Made by a program: the position numbers and the translations under genes. From NCBI RefSeq assembly GCF_001194135.2, contig NC_068982.1:42384241-42420283 (forward strand): 36,043 nt of DNA. Direction: 5' to 3'. Below are positions 1 to 11,290 of the stretch, one piece after another. The notes under the pieces were generated by a model that saw nothing but the letters and a program-made list of their open reading frames with translations, was not told where the DNA came from and searched no databases. This stretch comes from Octopus bimaculoides (Eukaryota). Every line of letters begins with the position of its first letter. Positions within the stretch are counted from its first letter, which is position 1.

Positions 1-531
1 TATTGTTTCTGGGTATCCCTCTTTCTCTTCTTTTACGAGTTTGTATTGCTGTTCACTTTTTAACCACGAGATTTTCTTTCTAAAGTGTATATTGCACTGG
101 CGTATGACATATGTATTCTCTGCGTGTATTATATTCATAAGTGTGGTTCTCTCTGTTCGTGTGGTGATGCCTCTAATTTTTTTTAATAGAATGCGTCTAC
201 GCTTATTTTGTTGGCTGAGTTCCTTATATATTTTGTTCTTAATGTTCGCCATTAGCGTCCGTTTTAGCCTTTCGGCTTGACCCTTGGTGAGTTCTAGTTT
301 CTCTACGCTGGATGTGACCCTGTTGGTGTATAATTTGGAGGAGGCACATAGTTTAACAAAATGAAGCTGTTGAGTCGTCACGGTTTTCCGTAGGCAACTG
401 CATACAGTGTCTTTCAGTATCTTGCTAGCCTGGCTAAGGCTCGCGTTGTTCCGTTTACATATTTGTTTCGCAAGATTTTTGATGTGAAATCGTGTGTTGA
501 AACAGATGTTGTTGTACTTGGGGATGGTCAT
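1..531 (-). CDS. N-terminal part of a Penelope-like element (PLE) ORF, open to the window edge (at least 177 aa)
   Basis: I checked every codon: there is no stop in this minus frame from 540 to 1, the ATG is at 531 and an in-frame TAA is at 541-543. It reads MTIPKYNNICFNTRFHIKNLAKQICKRNNASLSQASKILKDTVCSCLRKTVTTQQLHFVKLCASSKLYTNRVTSSVEKLELTKGQAERLKRTLMANIKNKIYKELSQQNKRRRILLKKIRG... The basic helical composition and QLHFVKLC resemble the H-x-F-L-x-x-C motif of PLE N-termini. The RT domain would lie outside the window. Confidence 0.6.
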   Translation of the reverse strand, partial: MTIPKYNNICFNTRFHIKNLAKQICKRNNASLSQASKILKDTVCSCLRKTVTTQQLHFVKLCASSKLYTNRVTSSVEKLELTKGQAERLKRTLMANIKNKIYKELSQQNKRRRILLKKIRGITTRTERTTLMNIIHAENTYVIRQCNIHFRKKISWLKSEQQYKLVKEEKEGYPETI

Positions 532-655
532 ATTGCCAGTTTAGCCAATAAAAACACACGCACTATATATAAAATTATATATATATATTTATATATATAT
601 TTATTAATATTTATTTATTTATAAATATATTATTTATATTTATTTACAAGCATAT

Positions 656-689
<34 letters not shown>

Positions 690-968
690 GTACACAAAAA
701 CACATGCACATATATTTTGTAAAAGTGTGTGCACACGGACACGCACATATATATTCATCTATGGATGGTATATAAGGATGCTTGTGCATATGTATGTATG
801 CCTGTATGTCTGTCTGTATGTATGTATATATGTATGCACATATATAATATATGTATTATATAATGTTTATCGACATACATGTTATATATATGTGTATATA
901 TATGCACGCATCTATATAATACAGATATTTGTGTATATATATATATATATATATACATACATATAATA

Positions 969-1243
969 TAATATAGGATAAAATCTTTATAAGAATTTAT
1001 CAAGTAGTCAGCGTGAGGTTAATTTTTGAAAGTTGCATTCCCTCGCTTTCGGTAAATATGTGCTTATTTTTTGGTAGTTTTGACTTATTTAGTCCCTCTA
1101 AGCGTGAGGCATTACTATATAGTAATGCCCTTATATGAATTATATATATTTATGGAAAAAAAAACGATGTTTTTTTTTTCCTTATGGGGTTTTTTTCACG
1201 CTGACTATTTGATAAATTCTTATAAAGATTTTATCCTATATTA
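969..1243. repeat. 48-bp inverted repeat (969-1016 vs 1196-1243) enclosing a 22-bp perfect palindrome
   Basis: tcacgctgacta(c/t)ttgataaattcttataaagattttatcctatatta occurs on both strands with 1 mismatch. The perfect palindrome is ggcattactatatagtaatgcc (about 1108-1129). Confidence 0.9.
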
Positions 1244-1544
1244 TATTATAAATAATTAGAATATATTCAGTGCTGAATATTATTCTGTAAAAGCACATGT
1301 TACCGAGATGCAACTGGATAAAGCCAGCCTCTTTCACGGATATATAAGGATGAACAGAAGTCATCGTACTTTGTTGGGTACATCGGGGTATGTTGATATT
1401 TGTTTATTTTTTTATGTGTCTCGACCATACGTGCACTGATGAATAAAAGATGCAGCTTACTACATTGCTGCATTAATTATGAAACCAGTGGTTTGCCGTT
1501 AAGTTAAATGTTTTTAGGAGGTTAATTTCTGAAAGTTGCATTCC
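1015..1544 (+). repeat. ~503-bp unit bounded by direct repeats (pLTR- or retrozyme-like); the second copy is cut off by an assembly gap
   Basis: gaggttaattt(t/c)tgaaagttgcattcc occurs at 1015-1041 and 1518-1544 (26/27 identical). The unit contains the hammerhead motif, and the N-gap starts at 1545. Confidence 0.6.
1433..1496 (+). ncRNA. Type I hammerhead ribozyme motif (minimal PLE/retrozyme type)
   Basis: Helix I is GCA(1433-35)/UGC(1494-96). The core CUGAUGA is at 1436-42. Helix II is AUAA/UUAU plus AUGCAGC/GCUGCAU (1443-80), followed by GAAA at 1481-84. Helix III is the quasi-palindrome ACCA-G-UGGU (1484-92), and the NUH triplet is GUU with predicted cleavage after 1493. Confidence 0.7.
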
Positions 1545-2213
1545 NNNNNNNNNNNNNNNNNNNNNNNNNNNNNNNNNNNNNNNNNNNNNNNNNNNNNNNN
1601 NNNNNNNNNNNNNNNNNNNNNNNNNNNNNNNNNNNNNNNNNNNNNNNNNNNNNNNNNNNNNNNNNNNNNNNNNNNNNNNNNNNNNNNNNNNNNNNNNNNN
1701 NNNNNNNNNNNNNNNNNNNNNNNNNNNNNNNNNNNNNNNNNNNNNNNNNNNNNNNNNNNNNNNNNNNNNNNNNNNNNNNNNNNNNNNNNNNNNNNNNNNN
1801 NNNNNNNNNNNNNNNNNNNNNNNNNNNNNNNNNNNNNNNNNNNNNNNNNNNNNNNNNNNNNNNNNNNNNNNNNNNNNNNNNNNNNNNNNNNNNNNNNNNN
1901 NNNNNNNNNNNNNNNNNNNNNNNNNNNNNNNNNNNNNNNNNNNNNNNNNNNNNNNNNNNNNNNNNNNNNNNNNNNNNNNNNNNNNNNNNNNNNNNNNNNN
2001 NNNNNNNNNNNNNNNNNNNNNNNNNNNNNNNNNNNNNNNNNNNNNNNNNNNNNNNNNNNNNNNNNNNNNNNNNNNNNNNNNNNNNNNNNNNNNNNNNNNN
2101 NNNNNNNNNNNNNNNNNNNNNNNNNNNNNNNNNNNNNNNNNNNNNNNNNNNNNNNNNNNNNNNNNNATATACATATATACATATACATATATACATATAT
2201 ATACAAATACATG

Positions 2214-2269
<56 letters not shown>

Positions 2270-2804
2270 CAAACACACACCCATACGCACTCCATATATA
2301 CATAAGCACATACCTAACTACATGAGGCATCGATGCAGTACAAAACCATCCAATAACCGGAGCTATTTTATCTATATTACAACCAGCAAATGAACAATAA
2401 AAGTAAAGAATGAAATGTGAAGAAAAGAAAAATGAAGTGTAATGTGGATTAAAAGACGGAAGTGAGAAATTGTTAATCATCAAAACATCGTGTTTTCCTA
2501 ACTGTAATTGTACTCTGAACAGCATATGTTCTTCACGAGACACACAGTTGTGGCTGTTTTTTGTATGTTCTCTCTCTGTCTCTCTCTCTGTGTCTTGTTA
2601 TCTGTCACAAACTAACTCAAATAAGTGATACACGGGTCTAAGGGTAAGTAAAACCAGATGAGTATAAACGTGGAATATAGTAGTTTCATTTAATCTTAAA
2701 GAAGACGTTTTTTTTATCATGGTCTATGTGAGNNNNNNNNNNATATATATATATGTATATTTATATATATATATGTGTATATATATGTATATTTATATAT
2801 AGTA

Positions 2805-3464
2805 ATTAGCTGGTACCGGCATTTCACTGGCATTTCAAAAGTGTTGCATGAAAGTTACAGCATGTAGCGAAAAAATATCCTCGTTTCAAACAGATATTTT
2901 CTCAGCCGCCTATTGTAGCCTTTAGACGGAATAAGAATATAAGAGAATTATTGATCTTTATATCTGACTCCAAGAAAACGAACATTGGAGTATCTGCACC
3001 TTAAAGAACAGCCGCAAGAGAGGTAAGACCTGTTCATTGTGCAACAACATGAGTCAAGTGAATTCCATCAGAAATCATAACAGAAATGTTATGATTTATA
3101 CAGAAGGTGGAACATATAAAGATTCCTATTTGGTGTACGCTGCAGAATGCACGAAACACAACTTAATTTATATTGGTTGTACAACAGAACAATTAAACAA
3201 AAAGGTTTAATGGGCCACAGATTCGACGTCAAGCACAATAACAGTAGTTCGACAGAACTTGCTGAACATTTCGTTTCAAGAGGCTGCAATTTTGAAGAAG
3301 ACTTGAGAGTGCATATTCTCAGAAAATATTCTGAATCTGCTTCACTTTTACTTCTCAGAATGTATGAGGAGAAATATGTTTGCGGGTTATTAACATCACG
3401 CCCTGGAGGAATGAATAATATGACAGGAGAATATCATCAAATTTATACAAAACTGTTTGATTAA
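2805..3464 (+). mobile_element. 5'-truncated, frameshifted Penelope-like element: RT-EN linker plus GIY-YIG endonuclease
   Basis: KYPRFKQIFSQPPIVAFRRNKNIRELLI from 2873 is the PLE linker. After a frameshift come CSLC and YLVYAAECTKHNLIYIGCTTEQLN (GIY-YIG VY...YIG). After a second frameshift come GHRFD, LAEHF, EEKY and PGGMN, ending at the stop at 3464. A probable 3' UTR runs to about 3950. Confidence 0.9.
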
Positions 3465-3755
3465 ATATTCTTCTTTCTCTCTTTTTCTTTCCTTTTTTTC
3501 TGTCGTCTTCTTTTTTCTGTCTTTTTCTTTTCGCCTGTTATAAAATTATAACGTGTGGACGCTGGTTGCTCTCGTTCATACTTTACGTTTAAATTTCTGA
3601 AATTTTGAATTTTTATCACTTCTTATTTTGAACGTGACAAAGACAGACGTACTGTTGAAATATCATTCAACTAATAAAATATCTTACAATCGAATCACGG
3701 TCTTCGTTTTGACTGTTTACCTTTGTGAAGAGTTACGTCAAGCCTTTTTAAAATA

Positions 3756-3762
3756 TAATAAC

Positions 3763-3812
<50 letters not shown>
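3756..3812. repeat. (AAT)n microsatellite
   Basis: Seen directly in the sequence. Confidence 0.95.
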
Positions 3813-3813
<1 letters not shown>

Positions 3814-4869
3814 CCATTATCTTATGAAATGTGTGTTATTTTGAGCTAATAAAATCACCTTATCAAACTGATGGGAAATTATCATTTTCTATCTGATTGT
3901 TAGAAAATGATAATGAATGAGAGTTGAAAGTTTTCGAACTTATACTCGTTTAACATTATCAGTTTAAGTTTACATGCTAGATTCCTTTTTAGATGATTTT
4001 TGTCTTCCAGTGGTCGCTTATGGGAAAATAACAATGTGGATTATCATTTAATATAGTCAGTTGCTGCCTGGTAAAATATATTATGCGAGGGAGTGTTTAA
4101 TAATTTAACTATACATCATAGCATTATTCGGTATTTTTGCAGGCAATCAGACATCAGATGATATCAAAATTACCATTTAATGTGTGGAATATTGCAATGA
4201 AAGTTTCTTATCTCCCGACAGTGTAAAACTGAGTTAATTTAGTCTGTCGGAATATAAACAGCCACCATAATGAAAGCCACTCTGGGTAGGGAAAAATCCC
4301 CCTTATCTTTATTTGCTAGTTCTATCACAGCACCTAAACTCTAGCATTCGCTTTTATTAATTTGAAAAAGAAACACACCTGAATTTATTTCTTTATCATT
4401 AGAATGATTTGATTTTTTATTTCGATAGTTCATCGATAATTTGACATCACTATCTCCCCCACTCCACTGCAAAAAGCTGTGATGGCGTGGATTGGCTGAA
4501 AAAAGATTATTTTCCCTCTTTTTGATGCAGTTATGTTGCGATGAAATTTTTGCCTTTTGGATCTTACAACCCGTGTGCTCCTTGCTTCGACATTACTGAC
4601 CTTGCTGTCTCTTACCGACCCTATTGATCCGCAGTTCAAATACTTTCACTTCGTCGTATGACGCTACGTCACAGTTTGGAGTCAGTCCCAGCTTGCGTTG
4701 TGCTGAAGAACGGTTCCTTTTTATTTATGTTTCATATAAGCTCTAAAAATTCCTTCTCCTTTATTTCCTGCTATTGCAACATATGCCTGTGTTCGTCTGC
4801 CCGACACCTTCTTTAACTCCGACATTGGTAAAAAGAGTGAGCAATATTTTATAATAACAAGTTTTTTTT

Positions 4870-5400
4870 AGCCTCAGGTCAGACCTTATATAAGAGACCC
4901 ATGATTAAAGTAATTTCTGCTATGGCGGATCTACTTTGTTTCTAGCTATAAATATATTTAAAACTACGTTATCCTATCTGTGCTTCATTTAAAGGTAGCA
5001 GGGTGTGGTTTAAAGAGATCTTGGCCTTTTCCGGCCGGTCCTTTCTTTTTGAAGCATCAGCGCCGTTGGCACGGTCGAAATATATTCTATTTGTCATTGT
5101 TGCTTTTATTGTTGTGGTTGCTTAGCCCTGACCGAACTGACCCAGCATGATGGTCACGGATGTAACGTAAGACGTTACATCCGTGACCATCATGCTTTTA
5201 GAAGTACCTAGAAATGCTTTATCCAAAAACATTTTGCCTTATTTGAAATGGTAGATTGTGATCCGAGGCTAAGATGTGATCCAAGATTCTAGATGTTAGG
5301 ATGGGATCAAAGGATAGAATATGGTCTCAGGGTAGGATACAACCCAAGATGGTACGATGCGATCCGAGGGTGATTTTGGCTACTATTTCTTTCAGACTGA
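4870..5400 (+). repeat. Two adjacent decayed copies of an unclassified interspersed repeat (further copies near 21770-21895, 29690-29740 and 35665-35745 on the minus strand)
   Basis: Shared motifs are gacc...aaagacattc(c/t)agcc(a/g)(t/c)gaccatc and gaga(g)at(t/c)t(t)ggc(t)(g/a)ctattt. Confidence 0.5.
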
Positions 5401-5762
5401 GTATATCTATTCACTTACACAGTATATCAGTTCATTCACGTCTAGCCATCCCTATGCCTTGTGCCTCCCTACTTAAAAATCATAATTTACATCTTAACGT
5501 GGAACAAGAATTTACAAAATGCATCCGCTTCAAAAGGATCTGTATTAACGAAGACGCGGTATTCCTTTTTGAAATGGAAGCCTATGTTTAGCGTGGCATA
5601 AGCCTGTCAACTCAGGCCTTCCTTTCAGTAATCACAGAACCAAATTTAATAAAGGCTTTTTTGATCTGAAATAAACACACAAATACTTAAATGCACATCA
5701 CAGACACACGTACGAACAAATATGTATGTATATGATNNNNNNNNNNNNNNNNNNNNNNNNNN

Positions 5763-5794
<32 letters not shown>

Positions 5795-5989
5795 CACCAA
5801 CACCATTGCTGCTTTCACAAATTAAAGAAAATGAAAATAAAAATGGATATTGCGGAAAGTCTAGTCTATCAACAGTTCTTGGAAAACGGCAGAAGCAGCG
5901 GTAGGCTTGGCGATTGGGACTACAGATGCTTTGGGAAACGGTAACACATGTCAAATGTTATCTATAAGATCCAATATTGCCGGATGGTG

Positions 5990-6345
5990 CCTTCATCATC
6001 ATCATCGTCCTCATCACCCATCCACTACAACCACCACCACCACCACCACCGCCACCATCATCATCACCATCATCATCATCCTCATCACCCTTCCACAACA
6101 ACCACCACCACCGCCCCAATCATCATCGTCATCATCATCATCATCGTCATCATCGTCATCAACTTCATGATGATGATGATGATGATGATCATCATCATCA
6201 CCATCCTCGCCACTTCCAGCGTGGTTGATGTCGTCATCATCGTCATTTTCGTCGTCACTTTTACTCTCCCGCCTTATCATCCCCTCCCCCTGCTCCATTC
6301 CTCTCATCATCATCATCAACGTCATCAGCATCATCATTCTGAACA
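5990..6345. repeat. Compound (CAT)n/(CAC)n/(GAT)n low-complexity tract
   Basis: Seen directly. It produces the poly-H/S/T/D ORFs in all frames. Confidence 0.95.
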
Positions 6346-6593
6346 TCAGATTTACCATCTTCCTTTATTGGTTCTCCTGGAGATTTTGATCATACGGTTG
6401 TAAAACCAGTCCTGAGATATTCACCGTTGCACATGATAAGAATCGCAAATATTTCTTAATTCGGACGGGAGTGGGATGAATATCCCGCCATCTCCACTCA
6501 TCTCTTTAAACTATTTTTTAATACTTTGTTTCGTTTTTAGTTTTTATCCGTGGATTCTTGAATTACAGCGAAAAGCAGATAAGTAAGCTAGCT

Positions 6594-6636
<43 letters not shown>

Positions 6637-7266
6637 NNNNNNNNNNNNNNNNNNNNNNNNNNNNNNNNNNNNNNNNNNNNNNNNNNNNNNNNNNNNNNNN
6701 NNNNNNNNNNNNNNNNNNNNNNNNNNNNNNNNNNNNNNNNNNNNNNNNNNNNNNNNNNNNNNNNNNNNNNNNNNNNNNNNNNNNNNNNNNNNNNNNNNNN
6801 NNNNNNNNNNNNNNNNNNNNNNNNNNNNNNNNNNNNNNNNNNNNNNNNNNNNNNNNNNNNNNNNNNNNNNNNNNNNNNNNNNNNNNNNNNNNNNNNNNNN
6901 NNNNNNNNNNNNNNNNNNNNNNNNNNNNNNNNNNNNNNNNNNNNNNNNNNNNNNNNNNNNNNNNNNNNNNNNNNNNNNNNNNNNNNNNNNNNNNNNNNNN
7001 NNNNNNNNNNNNNNNNNNNNNNNNNNNNNNNNNNNNNNNNNNNNNNNNNNNNNNNNNNNNNNNNNNNNNNNNNNNNNNNNNNNNNNNNNNNNNNNNNNNN
7101 NNNNNNNNNNNNNNNNNNNNNNNNNNNNNNNNNNNNNNNNNNNNNNNNNNNNNNNNNNNNNNNNNNNNNNNNNNNNNNNNNNNNNNNNNAGAGAGAGAGA
7201 GAGGGGAAGAGATGGGGGAGTAGGAGACACGAGAAATGTAAAAGAGAGAAAGTGAGAGAATGCAAG

Positions 7267-7304
<38 letters not shown>

Positions 7305-7879
7305 TGAGGGAGAAGGAGAAAGGGAGAGGATGAGTGAGACGAAAAGTGTCTGGTTGATTGAAGAAAGTTGTGCTATTAAACAAACATTGCCGACATTTAC
7401 AAACACAGACGCACGAAGAGCCAGAGGACAGATGACTAGATATATAGATAGACAGAGAAAGTAGGAGAATAAAGGAGAGAAGGAGGGGTGAGAGAGACAG
7501 ATATGGCGGAGATGTGAAGCTGATGGTTTTTTAATCAATCTGATGTATCTGTTAATCAGATGTTCATACTTGTACAGCTTCAAGGTTTGATGAGAGACTT
7601 TTAACTTCTTCCTCTCAACATGACATATATACGAGTCCGTGTTTATGTATTATATAGGTATCTTTGTATGCTTTATGATATATGTATGTATGTACGTACG
7701 TATGTATGTATGTATGTATGTATGTATGTATGTATGTATGTATGTATGTATGTATGTGTATATATCTATATCTGTGATCCTGTGTGTTTCATATTGTATA
7801 TTTGTATATATGTACGTATGATTATATATTCCATTTTTTCTCCCCTTCACCGTTTTCTATCTGTCTCTCTCTCTCTCTC

Positions 7880-8385
7880 TCGCTCCCATCATTCTCCTTT
7901 ACTCTCGTTGCTCACACGTGACCATCGTCCATCTTTCTTTTCGTCGCGTGATCATCGTTCTTTTCTTTCAAGGCTGTCCTAGAGGCTGGACGTATCCTAC
8001 CTCTCACTTCTATCTTTTCTCTTGTCAAAGAAAATATTTCTTCAGCGTTCGCTATTTAAGCCTCGTTCTTGTCTAATGACCCTCCATGCTTGTTTTCGTT
8101 CGGTTTCCTTGTATGTGTCCACTGTCCTGTTTTTGTTCCCCCAACTTTGACTCTCCATAGATCCAAAATTTTATTTTAGTATTTCAGGGAGCAACTGCCT
8201 TCGAAGACTTATATTGTCGTTCAATGCTCGAAATGAAGAGTAGATAGGCAGCCGACAACTGATGAAGGGTCGTTCTTTATGTTACTTATCCTGTTTTCCA
8301 TTTGTTTCTCTCGTTGTTTGAGTATTGAACTCATTTGTTTTCGTATTTCATGTTGTTTACTGTTGGTGACCTCCTGTACCCATAT
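7880..8385 (+). repeat. Unclassified ~500-bp dispersed repeat, copy 1
   Basis: It is colinear with 23620-24075. Shared segments are acgtgaccatcg..catctttc, ccaaa.ttttattt, gggagca, tatattgt.gtt.aatgctcgaaat and cagcc.acaactgatgaagggtcgttctttatgtt. Confidence 0.8.
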
Positions 8386-9154
8386 ATGCATACACACACA
8401 CACATACATACATACACATATATATATATATATATATATTATATTATATATATGTATATATATAAACATATTTAAACACAATACATACGTACACATGTGT
8501 GCATGTGTGTGTGTGACAGAAAACAGAAGGAGGGAGGGAGAGAAAGAGAGGAAAAGAGAAAAAGTTTTGCAAACATTATTAAACGAGGACTTAGCTGATT
8601 GACATTTGGTTGGAATCGAAACTCATCTCTTTTTGATGGGCAAACACCTTCCATTCTTATAACATTAATATGATATACTAAAGTACAAAAATTACCGTTT
8701 TAGTTCCGATACTGACTCCGTCCTCGGTTCCTCCATATAGTTTTCAACAGGTCATTACCTCAGCAGAGTTAGATTTCTGATAGTATTTGTGTAATACAGC
8801 GCATCCTATCATGATTTGTTATATTAACTCTAAATTACAGTTTATCTAGAATTAACTCTACAGAACCTAGATTATATATATTATTAGTTAGTAGCTCAGA
8901 TTAAATTTGAAAAAATGTTAAAATCTTAGTATTTGTAAGTGTATTTGATCGGTAATTACGAACTGTAGTATCTAAATTCCCTCAAAGAGATTTTCATTGC
9001 CCTTTTACAGGGCTAAACTGCTATTTTCGGTTATGTTAGTGGTTAATACCACTATTGTTTGTATTAACTTTAGGTGCAATGATACACGAAAGCATCTACA
9101 AATATGCTCTTACTCAATACCTATATATATTAACTGTTCAAATTTTAATTAAAT

Positions 9155-9386
9155 CAGTGGACCTCAACCGGGGACCATATGGCTCTTAGGGGTTCATATA
9201 AGAATTTGTTGTTAAAATTTATCAGCAATGAAGTAGTTATATTTTTACATTACACAAAATATTTTAAGTATTTAATTATAAAGATATGTGATTTTTTTAA
9301 AAACATTAAATGGCAAGGACGGTCCGCTCGAGTTAAACCGGAATCAGAAGAGGTCTATAGATAAAAAAAAATGTTGAGAAACACTG
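9155..9386. mobile_element. hAT-superfamily MITE
   Basis: Imperfect TIRs are cagtggacctcaac and gttgagaaacactg. The exact 8-bp TSD aattaaat is at 9147-9154 and 9387-9394, and 8-bp TSDs are characteristic of hAT. Confidence 0.85.
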
Positions 9387-9984
9387 AATTAAATGCTATT
9401 CGCAAACGAGTATGTAGGTATATATATATCTACACATATAAATGTATGTATGTATGCATGGATATATGTGTGAGAGTGTCTGTGTATGTATGTATATATG
9501 TATGTATGTGGGTATGTACGTGTGTATGTATGTGTGTATGTATGTATATGTCTGTATGTCTTTGCAATTATTTTCACGCACTTTTAGAAACTTAGCGCCC
9601 TCTTGAAATTTTTGTTCGCTTTGCACATTTTGACGATGTTTAATCAGATATAGAGTTCGTATATCAAATGTTCCCTGTACTGAAATACAAATCAAATATA
9701 TCCCCTATCCTGTTAGATAACACAAGAAAAAAAAAAACTTTATCAAAACATGATTAGAAAAATATTTTTTCTAGCGAGAAAATTTATTTAATTCTACAAA
9801 TAACGATGTCACATAAAATGCTGCGCACTGAAAACTAGTTTGCTAGTTTGCAATATTGCCTAATATTGTCTTAAAAGTCTAATATGATCGCAATTTGAAT
9901 CTCATTAATACATACTTCTAGTTGATATTTTCGCAACATATATTTTAATTTCTAAGGGGTGGGAGCGCTAAGCAGTGATGTGTA

Positions 9985-10363
9985 TAAATGCAGTGTTATT
10001 ACCAGTTCAAAGATGCTTGTCACACGTTCGAACCCGTTAGCAAGCTATTCACAGTGTTTTATCATGGAAAAAATTTCTCGCCGTCGACAAATGGTATAAA
10101 TACACGTAAACCGAGATGCAACACTACCTACCCTAACTGTGAAATGCAAGCATTTCAGAGTGGTTATCTCGAAATGCGAAATGTTTGCATTTCACAGTCT
10201 GAGTAGGTGACTCTGCGTGCTGGTTTAGGTGTATTTTCACCATTTGTCTACAGCAAGGAATTTTCTCCGTGACAAAACACAGTTAATAGCTTGCTTACGC
10301 GCCAGAAGAACTATTGCGTACGCGCCACAAGCATATTTGAACTGATAATAACATTGTATTTTA
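9985..10363. mobile_element. ~380-bp fold-back (long imperfect palindrome) element
   Basis: The arms pair along most of the length. Examples: tgttattaccagttcaaagatgcttgt with acaagcatatttgaactgataataaca, agcaagctatt with aatagcttgct, gacaaatggt with accatttgtc, and ctgtgaaatgcaa with ttgcatttcacag. Confidence 0.8.
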
Positions 10364-10682
10364 ATGTCTAAACGTTTTCGAAGGGTACATATAAGAAAGG
10401 AGGACAGGAATCTAAAATGGTTTTGAATTTCGAAGAGCACCACCAATTTCGACATGGTGTTTCTTTCATTAATTTTCAAAGTATTTTTTGGCAAAATCAT
10501 CGATCGTGTAAACGCTTCTACTAGCTTTACTACACAACAAAGGCACAAGTCCTAAAGGTATCTCAACTAGTACAACAGTCAAATAGTTCTCTTCTGTGTT
10601 ACCGTTATCATATCTTGTCTGTATCTCTGTCTGTCTGTCTCTCTCTTTCTCTCTCTGTATATGTGTGTATACATACATACAT

Positions 10683-10734
<52 letters not shown>

Positions 10735-10769
10735 ATGTATGTATGTATGGACCTGACTCCGATAATGAA

Positions 10770-11290
10770 AGCACAAAAAAGTGTGCCCATTTTCCGACAG
10801 AGAATATATCTCTGTTCCTGTCATTCTTGTTGGAAGCACTTTTGGAATGTTGTCTTCATCACCTTGGCTCCGCTTTCCGTCCCAGTGGCACTCAGTATGG
10901 TGTTTGTATAGCCGCTTCTAACGCGGGTCTGCTTTTCTACGTCATGCATCAGTGACCTTGTATCTTTAGATCTTTGGCAAGAGAAATCTTATTCATGATA
11001 TCAATAACACCTTTGACCGCGCCTGGTATGGAAATATCTTTCATATGCTGTCTGATTCCTATCTCGGAAGTTTCCTGCTTGAACGGTCTACCACAGAGTG
11101 AGTCAGCGAAGCTCACATTCTCTTATCTATGGCTGTCCCACTGTTCGGTTTTAGCTTCGAATCATTTTCTGAAAACTACTGCCATTTCTAGTATGATACA
11201 CTCCTGTTGAGACGGTACCACCCTTTACACGTCCTCATACTCCACCCCTTCACAGCTCTCATCTACATGCAATCTGGACACCTCAAGCCA
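10770..11290 (+). mobile_element. Heavily decayed CR1/L2-group LINE reverse transcriptase fragment
   Basis: QYGVCIAASNAGLLFYVMHQ* resembles QYGFRxxRSTGDLLxYVTHxW. HDINNTFDRAWY resembles LDISKAFDRVW. HSC*DGTTLYTS resembles the YADD region. Confidence 0.6.

Noticed and set aside
3628-3670. Hammerhead-like remnant in the PLE 3' UTR (GUGACAA-A-GACAG/CUGUU-GAAA)
   Set aside because: It has two core mismatches and no pairable helix III. It may be a relic but cannot be supported.
4430-4639. 69-aa minus ORF in non-repetitive-looking sequence
   Set aside because: It has no recognisable motif and no convincing splice context.
5255-5375. ~20-bp degenerate periodic repeats considered as CRISPR-like
   Set aside because: The context is eukaryotic with no constant repeat and unique spacer pattern. 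It is a decayed minisatellite.
8185-8275. GAAA and CUGAUGA near each other in the dispersed repeat (also 23875-23945) as a type II hammerhead
   Set aside because: Helices I and II cannot be paired consistently in both copies.
10150-10200. gag-loop-ctc-GAAA at the centre of the first fold-back as a ribozyme
   Set aside because: There is no CUGANGA, and it is explained as the fold-back's central hairpin.
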